Position numbers and translations under genes: made by a program. The notes under the pieces were generated by a model. That model ran no database searches, was not told the origin of the DNA, and saw only the letters and a list, made by a program, of their open reading frames with translations. Positions 7,265-15,913 of a DNA stretch of 64,000 nucleotides are shown here, in pieces. The stretch spans positions 96,001 through 160,000 of the forward strand of contig CAWISW010000001.1 of assembly GCA_963838925.1 (NCBI GenBank), in the 5' to 3' direction. The stretch is from an uncultured Nitrososphaerota archaeon (GTDB lineage Archaea; Thermoproteota; Nitrososphaeria; Nitrososphaerales; Gagatemarchaeaceae). The stretch's first letter is position 1, and each line of letters opens with the position of its first letter.

Positions 7265-10200
7265 ATGGCCCAGCAACAGCAGTCCACTTCCACGCCGCCC
7301 CCGGAGGCGCAGCGTCTGATCCCCAAACAGCCGGAGTGCAACATCGGGACGTCGGGCCATGTAGATAGTGGCAAGTGTCTCGAGTGGGGAACCCACGTCC
7401 TCCTGGACGGGGTCCCGATGACGGGACAGCAAATCCTCGACAGAGTGAAGCTCACGGGTGCATTGATTAGCAGAATCGATGGCGGCGAAGTCTATTCGTT
7501 TGCAGACAACGAGATAGTCAGCGTCAACAATAGCTTCGAACCTGTAAAGGCGGCTTCGTCCTTCTACGTCCAACGATACGCGGGTCCGATGTATACTATC
7601 AGAGGCAAGACGGGGCGGGAGTTGAGTGTCACCCCTGAACATCCCCTGCTGATCAATAGAAAGGGGCTTGTGCAGTGGGTCAAGGCAAAAGACATCCGCG
7701 AGGGTGATTACGCCGCCTTCCTTGGAAAGGTACCGCTACACGAGGACGCTGTCATTCCTGACGCTCTTCCAGCACTGGGGGAACGATACAAGATAGTCAC
7801 GGCACAGGAGTATGATGCAATCAGGACACTGAGCTCCGAGTTCAAGGATTTCACGTCGCTCTCCACTGACCAGTTGGAATCCGTTCGAATCTTGAGACGT
7901 CTCTCGAGAAGCGAGCTAGAGAAGCGTGCGAACGTCGACGCTGCGCGTTACGCGCGTGCGGTTCGTGAGGGGAAGCCCCACCCGGCCGGAGAAAGACAGA
8001 GAATTGTCGAAGTTCTGCAAGAGTCCCTTCCCAGAGAACTCAAACCCGACGAATTCTTGGTTGAGCAGAAGCTGGTGGCTGGAAGAAGAATCCGACTGCT
8101 GAGGAGGTTCGAGTCCTTTGACGAGGACATCATCAAGTGGTTCGCTTTCGTTTGGTCTGAGGGGAACAGCAGCAACGGGTCGGTGACGGTTACCCAGACA
8201 GTCCAGGAAAGAATGCTTCAGGAGTACCTTAGGATCACAGGGGAGAAGTTTGGCCTCGAAGTTAGGTCTTATGGGGAAGGGAGGTACTCGATCTACAACA
8301 CCGCTTTTGTCGACTACATCCGCTTCAGCTTTGGCTTTAACCCAGGCAACGAATCCGTCTGCGGAATCGCAGACTGGGTGTGTGGGCTCCCCCGAGGCCT
8401 CAAAGCCATTTTCCTCAGATGGTTCCTCACGCTGGACGGGGAGTTCAACAAGAAAGGGGAAATCGCGATCAGCCAACTCAACGGAAGAAACATCGTCATA
8501 ATGAGCTACCTGCTTCACTCGTTTGGCATAGTCCCGAAGTTCGGCGTGAAGAACAGCCCGACGAAGAAAGGGATGAAGGGTTACAGTAGATTGAGGATAT
8601 CGGGCCGCAGAGACCTTCAGCTCTTTGCCGACCTAATCGGTTTCGAGGATTCAGGGATACAAGGGAAGCTCCTCCACTACCTTTCGAAGATTGAAAAGGA
8701 AAGCAAAGAGACGGATAGAAGCATCCCGATCGACCAGCGGTCCTTGAGGTTGCTTCTGAAGCGGAGCGGGATCACGCGGGAGGGGTTCGACCGCCTGGAG
8801 GTCGAGACCATAATCAAGGCGACCGCGTGGTACCACGCCTATTCTGATGCAATGAGGAGCGGGCGAATGTCTCGAACCAAGCTTCTCTTGGTCGTTGGGA
8901 GAATCGATGAGCAACTTCGCGCGCTCGAGCACTCGGCTCACTCAATGCACCATGACGGCGGTCGTCTAAGGCATCACGCGGCGCTGCTTGGGATCTCATT
9001 GCAGGCACTCTCGGCCGAGCTGGGATTCAGCCGAAGGAAGCTGGTGAGAATTCTTAGGAAAGGTTCCGATGCCGAGCTGCGAGCAATCGCGCTCTACCTT
9101 AGGGCTGAAACCCGAGGAGTTCTGCGCTATTCCACTGGCAGACTCGAGCAGCTTCGAAAGCTCGCGAGTTCATCAGTGGAGTTCGATAGAATCGTTCGCG
9201 TAAGGAAGGTCGACTACGACGGCCTTGTCTTCGACCTCACTGTCCCGGAGTACGCGAATTTCGTTGCGGGGAGCGGGGCGACGATATGCCACAACACGTC
9301 CATCGTCCAGGCAATCACAGGCGTATGGGCCAGCGCCCACAGCGAGGAGCTGAAGCGGGGAATCACGATAAAGGTCGGTTACGCCGACGCAGCCTTCTAC
9401 AAGTGCCACGTCACCCCTCCGCCGGAGGCATACTCCACCTCTCCGGTCTGCCCTGTCTGCGGGAACAAGACCGACTTCCTCAGGGCAGTCAGCTTCGTCG
9501 ACGCGCCTGGGCACGAGAGCCTCATGACGAACATGCTGGCAGGCGCCGCGCTCATGGACGGCGTGATACTGGTCATAACCGCGAACGAGCCCGTCCCCAT
9601 GCCCCAGACGAGGGAGCACCTCCTCGCGCTCCAGATGCTGGGGATGAAGAAGATGGTCGTCGTCCAGAACAAGATCGACAGGGTAGACATGGAGGGGGCG
9701 AAGAAGAACTACGAGGCGATCAAGCAGTTCCTCGCCAACACCGTGGGCGCCGACGCGCCGATAATCCCGGTCTCTGCCCAGAACAAGATAAACATCGACG
9801 CGCTGATAGAGGCCCTCGAGGAGAACATACCCACTCCGAAGCACGACCTGAGCGCCGCCTCGCGGATGCTCATCCTGAGGAGCTTCGACGTGAACAGGCC
9901 TGGGACGGACGTGAAGACCCTCGTGGGGGGCGTCCTGGGGGGCACACTCGTCAGCGGCGAAATCAGCGTGGGCGACGAGATCGAGATCTCCCCCGGCATC
10001 GCCGAGGAGAGGACCGGCAACTACACGCCCATCCTGACCAAGGTGGCGAGCCTCGGGACTGGCGCGGGGATGACCGACAAGGTCGGACCAGGTGGGCTCA
10101 TCGCGCTCGGGACGTCTCTCGACCCTCGCCTTACCAAGGGCGACGTGCTGGTGGGGAACCTGGTGGGCAAGCCCGGAACCCTCCCTCCGATAATGTCTCA

Positions 10201-10459
10201 CATCACGGTCGACCTCCAGCTCTTCGACCAGGCGGTCGGCTCATCCGCTCTCATCAAGGTGGACAAGGTGAAGGCGACAGAGACGCTCAGGCTCAACATC
10301 GGGACCGCCTCGACGCTCGGGACTGTGACCTCCGCCAGGGACACGGTGGCGGAGCTCGACCTGAAGAAGCCCGTGGTCACGGAGGCTGGAGGCCGCGTCG
10401 CGATAAGCAGAAGGATAGCCGAGAGGTGGCGCCTGATTGGCTCCGGCCTCGTCCGCTAG
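7265..10459 (+). CDS. eif2g: Translation initiation factor aIF2 gamma subunit, intein-containing (mature protein about 424 aa)
   Basis: QPECNIGTSGHVDSGK|intein|TSIVQAITGVW..HSEELKRGITIKVGYAD, VSFVDAPGHE, QNKID, RSFDVNRPG, RWRLIGSG. Confidence 0.97.
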   Translation: MAQQQQSTSTPPPEAQRLIPKQPECNIGTSGHVDSGKCLEWGTHVLLDGVPMTGQQILDRVKLTGALISRIDGGEVYSFADNEIVSVNNSFEPVKAASSFYVQRYAGPMYTIRGKTGRELSVTPEHPLLINRKGLVQWVKAKDIREGDYAAFLGKVPLHEDAVIPDALPALGERYKIVTAQEYDAIRTLSSEFKDFTSLSTDQLESVRILRRLSRSELEKRANVDAARYARAVREGKPHPAGERQRIVEVLQESLPRELKPDEFLVEQKLVAGRRIRLLRRFESFDEDIIKWFAFVWSEGNSSNGSVTVTQTVQERMLQEYLRITGEKFGLEVRSYGEGRYSIYNTAFVDYIRFSFGFNPGNESVCGIADWVCGLPRGLKAIFLRWFLTLDGEFNKKGEIAISQLNGRNIVIMSYLLHSFGIVPKFGVKNSPTKKGMKGYSRLRISGRRDLQLFADLIGFEDSGIQGKLLHYLSKIEKESKETDRSIPIDQRSLRLLLKRSGITREGFDRLEVETIIKATAWYHAYSDAMRSGRMSRTKLLLVVGRIDEQLRALEHSAHSMHHDGGRLRHHAALLGISLQALSAELGFSRRKLVRILRKGSDAELRAIALYLRAETRGVLRYSTGRLEQLRKLASSSVEFDRIVRVRKVDYDGLVFDLTVPEYANFVAGSGATICHNTSIVQAITGVWASAHSEELKRGITIKVGYADAAFYKCHVTPPPEAYSTSPVCPVCGNKTDFLRAVSFVDAPGHESLMTNMLAGAALMDGVILVITANEPVPMPQTREHLLALQMLGMKKMVVVQNKIDRVDMEGAKKNYEAIKQFLANTVGADAPIIPVSAQNKINIDALIEALEENIPTPKHDLSAASRMLILRSFDVNRPGTDVKTLVGGVLGGTLVSGEISVGDEIEISPGIAEERTGNYTPILTKVASLGTGAGMTDKVGPGGLIALGTSLDPRLTKGDVLVGNLVGKPGTLPPIMSHITVDLQLFDQAVGSSALIKVDKVKATETLRLNIGTASTLGTVTSARDTVAELDLKKPVVTEAGGRVAISRRIAERWRLIGSGLVR
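7376..9295 (+). mobile_element. Intein (640 aa) with LAGLIDADG endonuclease domain
   Basis: Starts CLEWGTH after the P-loop Lys; block B VTPEHP; LAGLIDADG-like WFAFVWSEG and FLRWFLTLDG; ends VFDLTVPEYANFVAG...CHN before Thr; codon usage less GC3-rich than the exteins. Confidence 0.95.
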
Positions 10460-10877
10460 GCCCGGCCGCCAACCGACAGCGACGTCGGGCAAGGCCCGCG
10501 AGAGGAGGGCGGTTGTCTTCGACACCAGCTTCCTCATGGCGGTCATGGAGCGACCCACTTCCTGGAGCCAGGACATCTCCGAGAGCATAGGGGCGTTCAC
10601 TCCCGTCATCCTGATGTCCGTGCGCGACGAGCTCGCCCGCCTCGCGGCCAAGGGCGACAAGCGGGGGAAGCTCGCATCTCTGGCGCTCGAGCTCCTCCAC
10701 AGCGGGGCGTTCACGCTCAAGCCCGACGGCAAGGGGAAGCCGGACGACGAGATAATCTCCTTCGCGCTGCGCGAGGGCGCCGCGGTCGCCACAATCGACT
10801 CGGAGCTCGCCAAGAGCCTCCGGGCGTCCCACGTCCAGACCGTGATAACGCTCCGAGGCGGGAGAGTCTCGACCTAG
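10437..10877 (+). CDS. PIN-domain protein (Utp23/Fcf1-like)
   Basis: VVFDTSFLM, VRDEL, DDEII, VATIDSEL; conserved position after eif2g; start uncertain. Confidence 0.85.
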   Translation: MAPASSARPGRQPTATSGKARERRAVVFDTSFLMAVMERPTSWSQDISESIGAFTPVILMSVRDELARLAAKGDKRGKLASLALELLHSGAFTLKPDGKGKPDDEIISFALREGAAVATIDSELAKSLRASHVQTVITLRGGRVST

Positions 10878-11217
10878 GATCCAAGGTTTCCTCGCGGCGT
10901 TTTCAGGGAGAAAACTCGGGCCTACCGGAACGGTGCGCACCCCGCACACTCTTTCACATGGGGCGGTCGAGAATTTGTAAAGCCCGTTGGGATTCGGCCT
11001 TTTTTTGTGGATAACCCCTACCGGCAGCACTAAGCCTGTCCCGTTGAAGCTCCACATCTAAGGGCGGGCTAAGGGGATTGAGAATGCCGATGTTCTCTTC
11101 GACCCACACTTCGTAGGTTCGGCCCGCTCGAACTACATCTAGCATGCAGGCTAACACTGCATAAAGAGGACAGAACCCGAACTTTGGCGGAGTGGCGCTT
11201 ATTAGACAGGACAAAAC

Positions 11218-11530
11218 ATGATGGCGTGCGAAATGGCTGGAACACGAAGCAGGTACAAAGAAATCTCGAAAAAGTTCAATTCATTGACTCAGGAGGAAAG
11301 GCAGATTCGGGCGCGAGAGGCCGCCAAGGAGTTTGGTAGGCTCGTCCGACAAAGACCTCGAGCTAGCGTGCAAAAACCTTCGCAAGATTGAGAAGGACCT
11401 CGCCTTCGAGGTCGTAGAGTCATACCAAAACAGACGTATGGAGGCTTTCGCGGATGCGCTCCTGACCTTGCAAACCCTGGTTCAGACAGTTAACTTGCTC
11501 TGCGAGAGTTCAGATACAAGCCAAAGTTAG
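11218..11530 (+). pseudogene. Hypothetical helical protein split by a 1-nt frameshift
   Basis: ATG-started frame (MMACEMAGTRSRYKEISKKFNSLTQEERQIRAREAAKE) joins ORF 11333-11530 if one T is removed from gagtttggta near 11331. Confidence 0.35.
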
Positions 11531-11674
11531 ACCAACCCTCTCTCGAGGTTGCGATTTGGACCTAAAGTTCGGTGCTCATCGCCCCCACGCCTCAGGGGAG
11601 CGAACAGAAAACCGTCAAATAGCGAAATCTTTTTGTAGGGTTGGAAAAGGCGGAAACCTTCCCTAGGGTATATC

Positions 11675-12256
11675 ATGTTTCAGCTCGTAGAACTTGAAGA
11701 TGTGGTCAGGGTCCCCCCAGACAAATTCGGCAACTCGCTAGAGAACGTCGCGCTCGACCTGCTCAAGCAAAAGTACGAGAGCACAATCAGCCCCGAGAAC
11801 GGCTACCTGGTGCTTGTCAACAACGTGAAGGTCGACAAGATCGGGAAGATAATCCCCGGAGACGGCGCCACCTACCACAAGGTCAGGTTCCAGGTACTCT
11901 CATTCTTCCCGCTCAAGCAGGAGATAGTCGAGGGCGAGATAGTCGAGATCACGGACTTCGGGGCGTTCGTCAGGATAGGCCCCACCGACGCGCTTCTCCA
12001 CCTCAGCCAGATAATGGACGACTACCTCACCAGCGACGTAAAGTCAGGAGTGATAACCGCCTCCCAGAGCAAGAGGACGCTCAAGGTCGGGAGCAAGGTG
12101 AGGGTCAGGATCACCGCGGTCAGCCTAGGGCACGGGATCTCGATGGGCAAGATAGGCGTGACCTGCCGCCAGCCATTCCTCGGCGCCCTCGAGTGGGTCG
12201 AGGAAGAGGTCTCCAAGGTCCAGAAGCAGGCGAAGGCGGCCGCACGGGCGGCATAG
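11675..12256 (+). CDS. rpoE1: RNA polymerase subunit Rpo7 (E')
   Basis: DVVRVPP, IIPGDGATYH, EIVEGEIVEITDFGAFVRIGP.DALLHLSQI, RQPFLG. Confidence 0.97.
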   Translation: MFQLVELEDVVRVPPDKFGNSLENVALDLLKQKYESTISPENGYLVLVNNVKVDKIGKIIPGDGATYHKVRFQVLSFFPLKQEIVEGEIVEITDFGAFVRIGPTDALLHLSQIMDDYLTSDVKSGVITASQSKRTLKVGSKVRVRITAVSLGHGISMGKIGVTCRQPFLGALEWVEEEVSKVQKQAKAAARAA

Positions 12257-12271
12257 CGCGAGGAGAACAGC

Positions 12272-12460
12272 TTGGCGCGAGAGCAAGCATGCAGAAAGTG
12301 CCACATGCTCACCCACGACAAGACTTGCCCCAACGACAAGTCCAACGAGTTGAGCAGCGAGTGGTCAGGCCTCATAATTGTGCTGGACGTGGGCCATTCC
12401 AACGTCGCGCAGACGCTGGGAATCACGGTCCCCGGTCGATACGCTCTCAAGGTAAGCTAG
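12272..12460 (+). CDS. spt4: Transcription elongation factor Spt4 (RpoE'')
   Basis: ACRKC...CP, EWSGLII, SNVAQTLGI..PGRYALKV. Confidence 0.93.
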   Translation: MAREQACRKCHMLTHDKTCPNDKSNELSSEWSGLIIVLDVGHSNVAQTLGITVPGRYALKVS

Positions 12461-12464
12461 GTCC

Positions 12465-13004
12465 TTGAAGGCGGGCTCCTCCTCGAGGCGGTCCGCGGGC
12501 GACTACGTCCTGACACCCGAACTCAGACGGAAGCTCAAGAGGCCCCTCGGCCAGCTCTTCCCAGCCGTGGACGTGCGCGGCGAGGACTTCCTCGCGACCG
12601 TGGCCGGCGCTTCGATGGTGGTCACCGTGGGAGACCGTGTCACCGAGACCCTCCAGGGGACCATGGGCAAGTCCCCCGACGTCTTCGTGGTCGACGGCAT
12701 GGAGAGGAGGGTCGCGCGCGAGGTCCCGCGGGTCGCCCACGGCTCCACCATCAGGGCGAAGAACCCGGCGGGGTCGATAACCAAGGCCGCACGGAGCGCG
12801 ATTAGGAGGGCGTTCGCCGGGGAGAAGCCCGTGATGGTGCTGATCGACGGGGAGGAGGACCTCCTCACCATCCCCGCGGTGATCGACGCGCCTCTCGGCG
12901 CGGTCGTGTTCTACGGCCAGCCTCTCGAGGGGGTCGTCGCCATCAAGGTGGACGAAAAGTCCAAAGCGAGCGCCAGGGACGTGCTGCAGAAGATGTCGGC
13001 ATGA
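12465..13004 (+). CDS. GTP-dependent dephospho-CoA kinase (DUF359)
   Basis: LKRPLG, VTVGDRVT, NPAGSIT, IDGEEDLL, YGQP..G; conserved position after spt4. Confidence 0.9.
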   Translation: MKAGSSSRRSAGDYVLTPELRRKLKRPLGQLFPAVDVRGEDFLATVAGASMVVTVGDRVTETLQGTMGKSPDVFVVDGMERRVAREVPRVAHGSTIRAKNPAGSITKAARSAIRRAFAGEKPVMVLIDGEEDLLTIPAVIDAPLGAVVFYGQPLEGVVAIKVDEKSKASARDVLQKMSA

Positions 13005-14371
13005 TCTCCGGCCTCTCGCTCGCGGTCAACGTCGCCGGCTACGTCGTCGCTCTCGCGATCACGCTCCTCTCGGGCTACTACACCTACAGACAGCGCCTCA
13101 CCGCCTACCAGCTGATTCGCGACTTCCTCGCTCTCGTCTACGGCGTCATCGTCGTGCTCATGGTCGTCGACCTGACGAGGGTCCTCACCGGCAACCAGGC
13201 GCTCCTCTCGGTCTACCCGCTCTTCAGCTTCGGCTTGGGCTTCGTGGAGGCCATCCTCCTCCTCACGGCTGCGGTGGGTGCCTACCTCAGGCCCAACGGG
13301 TCGACGTACCGGCTCCTCTTCAAGGACCTCCTCTCCCACGTGGGGCACCTCCTCATGCTCGGCCTCTTCATCGCAGGCACGGTCGCCGCAGAGGTATACC
13401 TCGCCCTGCTCAAGCCATACACGACGGTGGCGGCCACCGACTTCTCGGGAGGGACCGTCGAGGCGGTCGCGTATTCCAACACCTTCTCCATCGGAATCGG
13501 CGTCCTATTCCTGCTCTTCCTCGCGTATCCCGTCGCGCTCCTCATCATCGGGGCGCTACGCGTCCAGAACCCGCAGATGAGGCGCGCCCAGTTCGGGCTG
13601 GCCGTGGGCTGGGCGGGGAGCTCCGCCATCTACCTCGTCTCATCCCTCTCGCTCTTCAACTACGCCCTCGACGTCACCGCCATAGCGTACGTCATCCTCA
13701 GCGTCTTCTTCGGGCTCATCGCGCGGAACTTCCGCAGGGCCGCGACCTTCGCGGGCTTCGTCGCACCGGTGGCCATCGAGATACCCGAGTCGCGCCAAGG
13801 TTGGGCCTTGAGGACCCGGACGAGGGACGGGGAGCCAGTCCTCTTCGAGGAGGGCGAGCTCAGCCTCGTCGAGGTGGACACGTCGGTGAGGTACGAGGAG
13901 AGCCTCGACGAGCTGGTGAAGGACTTCCGGGCGGAGAAGAGGGCGGTATTCGTCATCTCCGCCAAGGGGAGCAGGCTCCACGCCTACTTCTCGGGCGTCC
14001 CCGGCATCAGGCTCTACACGATGACCGAGTCGACGAGGTACATCGCGCCGTCCACGACGAGGACCGACGAGGTGAACATCCCGCTCTTCGACTCCAGCGT
14101 CCTCCTCGAGGTCCTGGACAGGACGCTGAGCACCCCCGGGGAGCAGACAGCCATAATCTTCGACAGCGTCTCGGACATGATGATCTACTCGGGGTTCCAG
14201 CCCTGCTACAAGTTCCTCAGGGAGGCCGGCGCCATCATCAGCGGGAAGAAGGCGGTGGGGATCTTCATTGTCTTCGTGGGGGCGCACGACGACAAGGACG
14301 TGACCGCGATCCGGAGCATCTTCCCGTCTCAGCTGAAAGTAGGCCCCGAGGGCTTCCAAGTCGTCCGGTAG
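13001..14371 (+). CDS. Membrane protein with about 7 N-terminal TM helices and a C-terminal DUF835/inactive RecA-KaiC-like domain
   Basis: Hydrophobic N-terminal ~250 aa; C-terminal IIFDSVSDMMIYSGFQPCYKFL...AHDDKDVTAIRSIF; no Walker A. Confidence 0.65.
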   Translation: MISGLSLAVNVAGYVVALAITLLSGYYTYRQRLTAYQLIRDFLALVYGVIVVLMVVDLTRVLTGNQALLSVYPLFSFGLGFVEAILLLTAAVGAYLRPNGSTYRLLFKDLLSHVGHLLMLGLFIAGTVAAEVYLALLKPYTTVAATDFSGGTVEAVAYSNTFSIGIGVLFLLFLAYPVALLIIGALRVQNPQMRRAQFGLAVGWAGSSAIYLVSSLSLFNYALDVTAIAYVILSVFFGLIARNFRRAATFAGFVAPVAIEIPESRQGWALRTRTRDGEPVLFEEGELSLVEVDTSVRYEESLDELVKDFRAEKRAVFVISAKGSRLHAYFSGVPGIRLYTMTESTRYIAPSTTRTDEVNIPLFDSSVLLEVLDRTLSTPGEQTAIIFDSVSDMMIYSGFQPCYKFLREAGAIISGKKAVGIFIVFVGAHDDKDVTAIRSIFPSQLKVGPEGFQVVR

Positions 14372-14423
14372 AGGCCGAAACGCCTTTAATCTCCCCGCCG
14401 CGCGGGGTGGCTGGAAATCCCGT

Positions 14424-14783
14424 TTGCAGATCCTAGAGAAGAAGGAGTCCAAGCTCCTCGGGCGGACCGACCTCGACGTGCTCTTCAGCGAGAAGGCCGG
14501 CGCGCTCACGAGGAAGGACGCCGTGAAGGAGGTCGCCCAGTCGATGAAGGTGCAAGAGAACCAGGTGGCCCTCCTCAAGCTCGCGTCGGGCTCGGGCTCG
14601 CGCGACCTCATCGGCACCTTCAGGGTCTACGACTCGGAGGCCGCCCTCAAGGACGTCTCCCCCGGATACCTCAAGGTCAGGCTGATGACAAAGGAGGAGA
14701 GGCAGGCCGCGAAGGAGGCGAAGAAGAAGGCAGAGCAGGCGGCAGCGGTGGCCAAGCAGACAAAGGCAGGCAAGAAGAAGTAG
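14424..14783 (+). CDS. rps24e: 30S ribosomal protein S24e
   Basis: KESKLLGR, G.FRVYDS pattern; located immediately before rps27ae. Confidence 0.85.
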   Translation: MQILEKKESKLLGRTDLDVLFSEKAGALTRKDAVKEVAQSMKVQENQVALLKLASGSGSRDLIGTFRVYDSEAALKDVSPGYLKVRLMTKEERQAAKEAKKKAEQAAAVAKQTKAGKKK

Positions 14784-15077
14784 ATGTCACAAAAGGCAAA
14801 GGCCCCTCCTCCAGCGCCCGCAGCGGCAGCGCCCGCCCCAGCGGCACCCGGCGCAGAAGCGCCAGCGGTGGAGGCGCCGAAGGTACGCAAGGTACGGAAG
14901 GAGCGCAAGCCGCGTGCGAACGTCCAGGTCTGGAAGCTCTACAAGGTGAAGGGCGAGAGCCTCGAGAGGCTCAAGAAGGAGTGCCCCCGCTGCGGCAAGG
15001 GATACTTCATGGCCGAGCACAAGGACAGGCTCTCATGCGGGAACTGCGGATACACCACCTTCACGCCGAAGAACTGA
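14784..15077 (+). CDS. rps27ae: 30S ribosomal protein S27ae with Ala/Pro-rich N-terminal extension
   Basis: LYKVKG...[24 protein letters not shown]. Confidence 0.95.
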   Translation: MSQKAKAPPPAPAAAAPAPAAPGAEAPAVEAPKVRKVRKERKPRANVQVWKLYKVKGESLERLKKECPRCGKGYFMAEHKDRLSCGNCGYTTFTPKN

Positions 15078-15183
15078 AGAACTGTTCTAGTCGATTGCTC
15101 GGTCACTGCATCGACTTTTCAGATTGTTCGACCTAGTCTTAGTAGTCTGACTGACAACTTTTGGGCTCCACTAGAAGCCATGG

Positions 15184-15200
15184 GGGTATACCGTATACCC
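15184..15200. promoter_or_regulatory. Palindromic operator of TA operon
   Basis: GGGTATAC-C-GTATACCC directly before TATA-like cttaaata upstream of the antitoxin. Confidence 0.6.
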
Positions 15201-15228
15201 TTAAATACAAATCCATTCATCTTTCTCG

Positions 15229-15465
15229 TTGTTGCCCAGGTCAAAGGTCACCTCGAAGTATCAGGTTACGATTCCGTTGGCGGTGAGAGAGAAGGTGGAG
15301 GTACGGCCAGGAGAAGTCGTCTCAGTCGAGGCCATATCAAAAGACGAGATTGTGGTTAGACGCTATCCTGGGGTGGGTGACCCGTTGCTCACGCTCATTG
15401 GCAAGAAGGCATCGATCCGTGCCATCCCGATTGAGAAGGTAGAGGAACTGGCCGAGTCTAGATAA
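15229..15465 (+). CDS. AbrB/MazE-type antitoxin
   Basis: SKVTSKYQVTIPLAVREKVEVRPGE. Confidence 0.88.
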   Translation: MLPRSKVTSKYQVTIPLAVREKVEVRPGEVVSVEAISKDEIVVRRYPGVGDPLLTLIGKKASIRAIPIEKVEELAESR

Positions 15466-15475
15466 GACGGTTAGG

Positions 15476-15913
15476 ATGCTTTTGCCCAGGGTCTTCATCG
15501 ACAGTAACGTCTTCTTCTACGCCAAGATTATGGACCGGACATTTGGCGACTCGTGCGCCCGAGTCGTCCGCCAGATTGCTTCTGGTCAACTCAAGGCCTC
15601 GACGTCGGCGCTGGTTCCGATTGAGGTCGCGAACACAATGCGAAAGTACGGGCTCAGCAAGGACGCCCCCGCAGAAGTCCATGCAATCTTCTCCATGGGG
15701 ATCGAAGTCCACCCGATTGGGGAGCCGGAGGCCAGGGAAGCAGCTGAGATATTCAAGAAGGTCGACATCAGCCCCTACGACTGCCTCCACGCCGCGGTGA
15801 TGAAGAACAACGGCCTGGAAGAGATCGTTTCTGCAGACAAAGACTTTGACAAGCTTCGTTGGTTGAGACGCAAGGACCCCCGATCCTTCCAGAAGGCCGC
15901 CGCTCTCGCGTGA
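15476..15913 (+). CDS. vapC: VapC PIN toxin
   Basis: FIDSNVF, IEV, PYDCLHAA, SADKDFD. Confidence 0.9.
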   Translation: MLLPRVFIDSNVFFYAKIMDRTFGDSCARVVRQIASGQLKASTSALVPIEVANTMRKYGLSKDAPAEVHAIFSMGIEVHPIGEPEAREAAEIFKKVDISPYDCLHAAVMKNNGLEEIVSADKDFDKLRWLRRKDPRSFQKAAALA

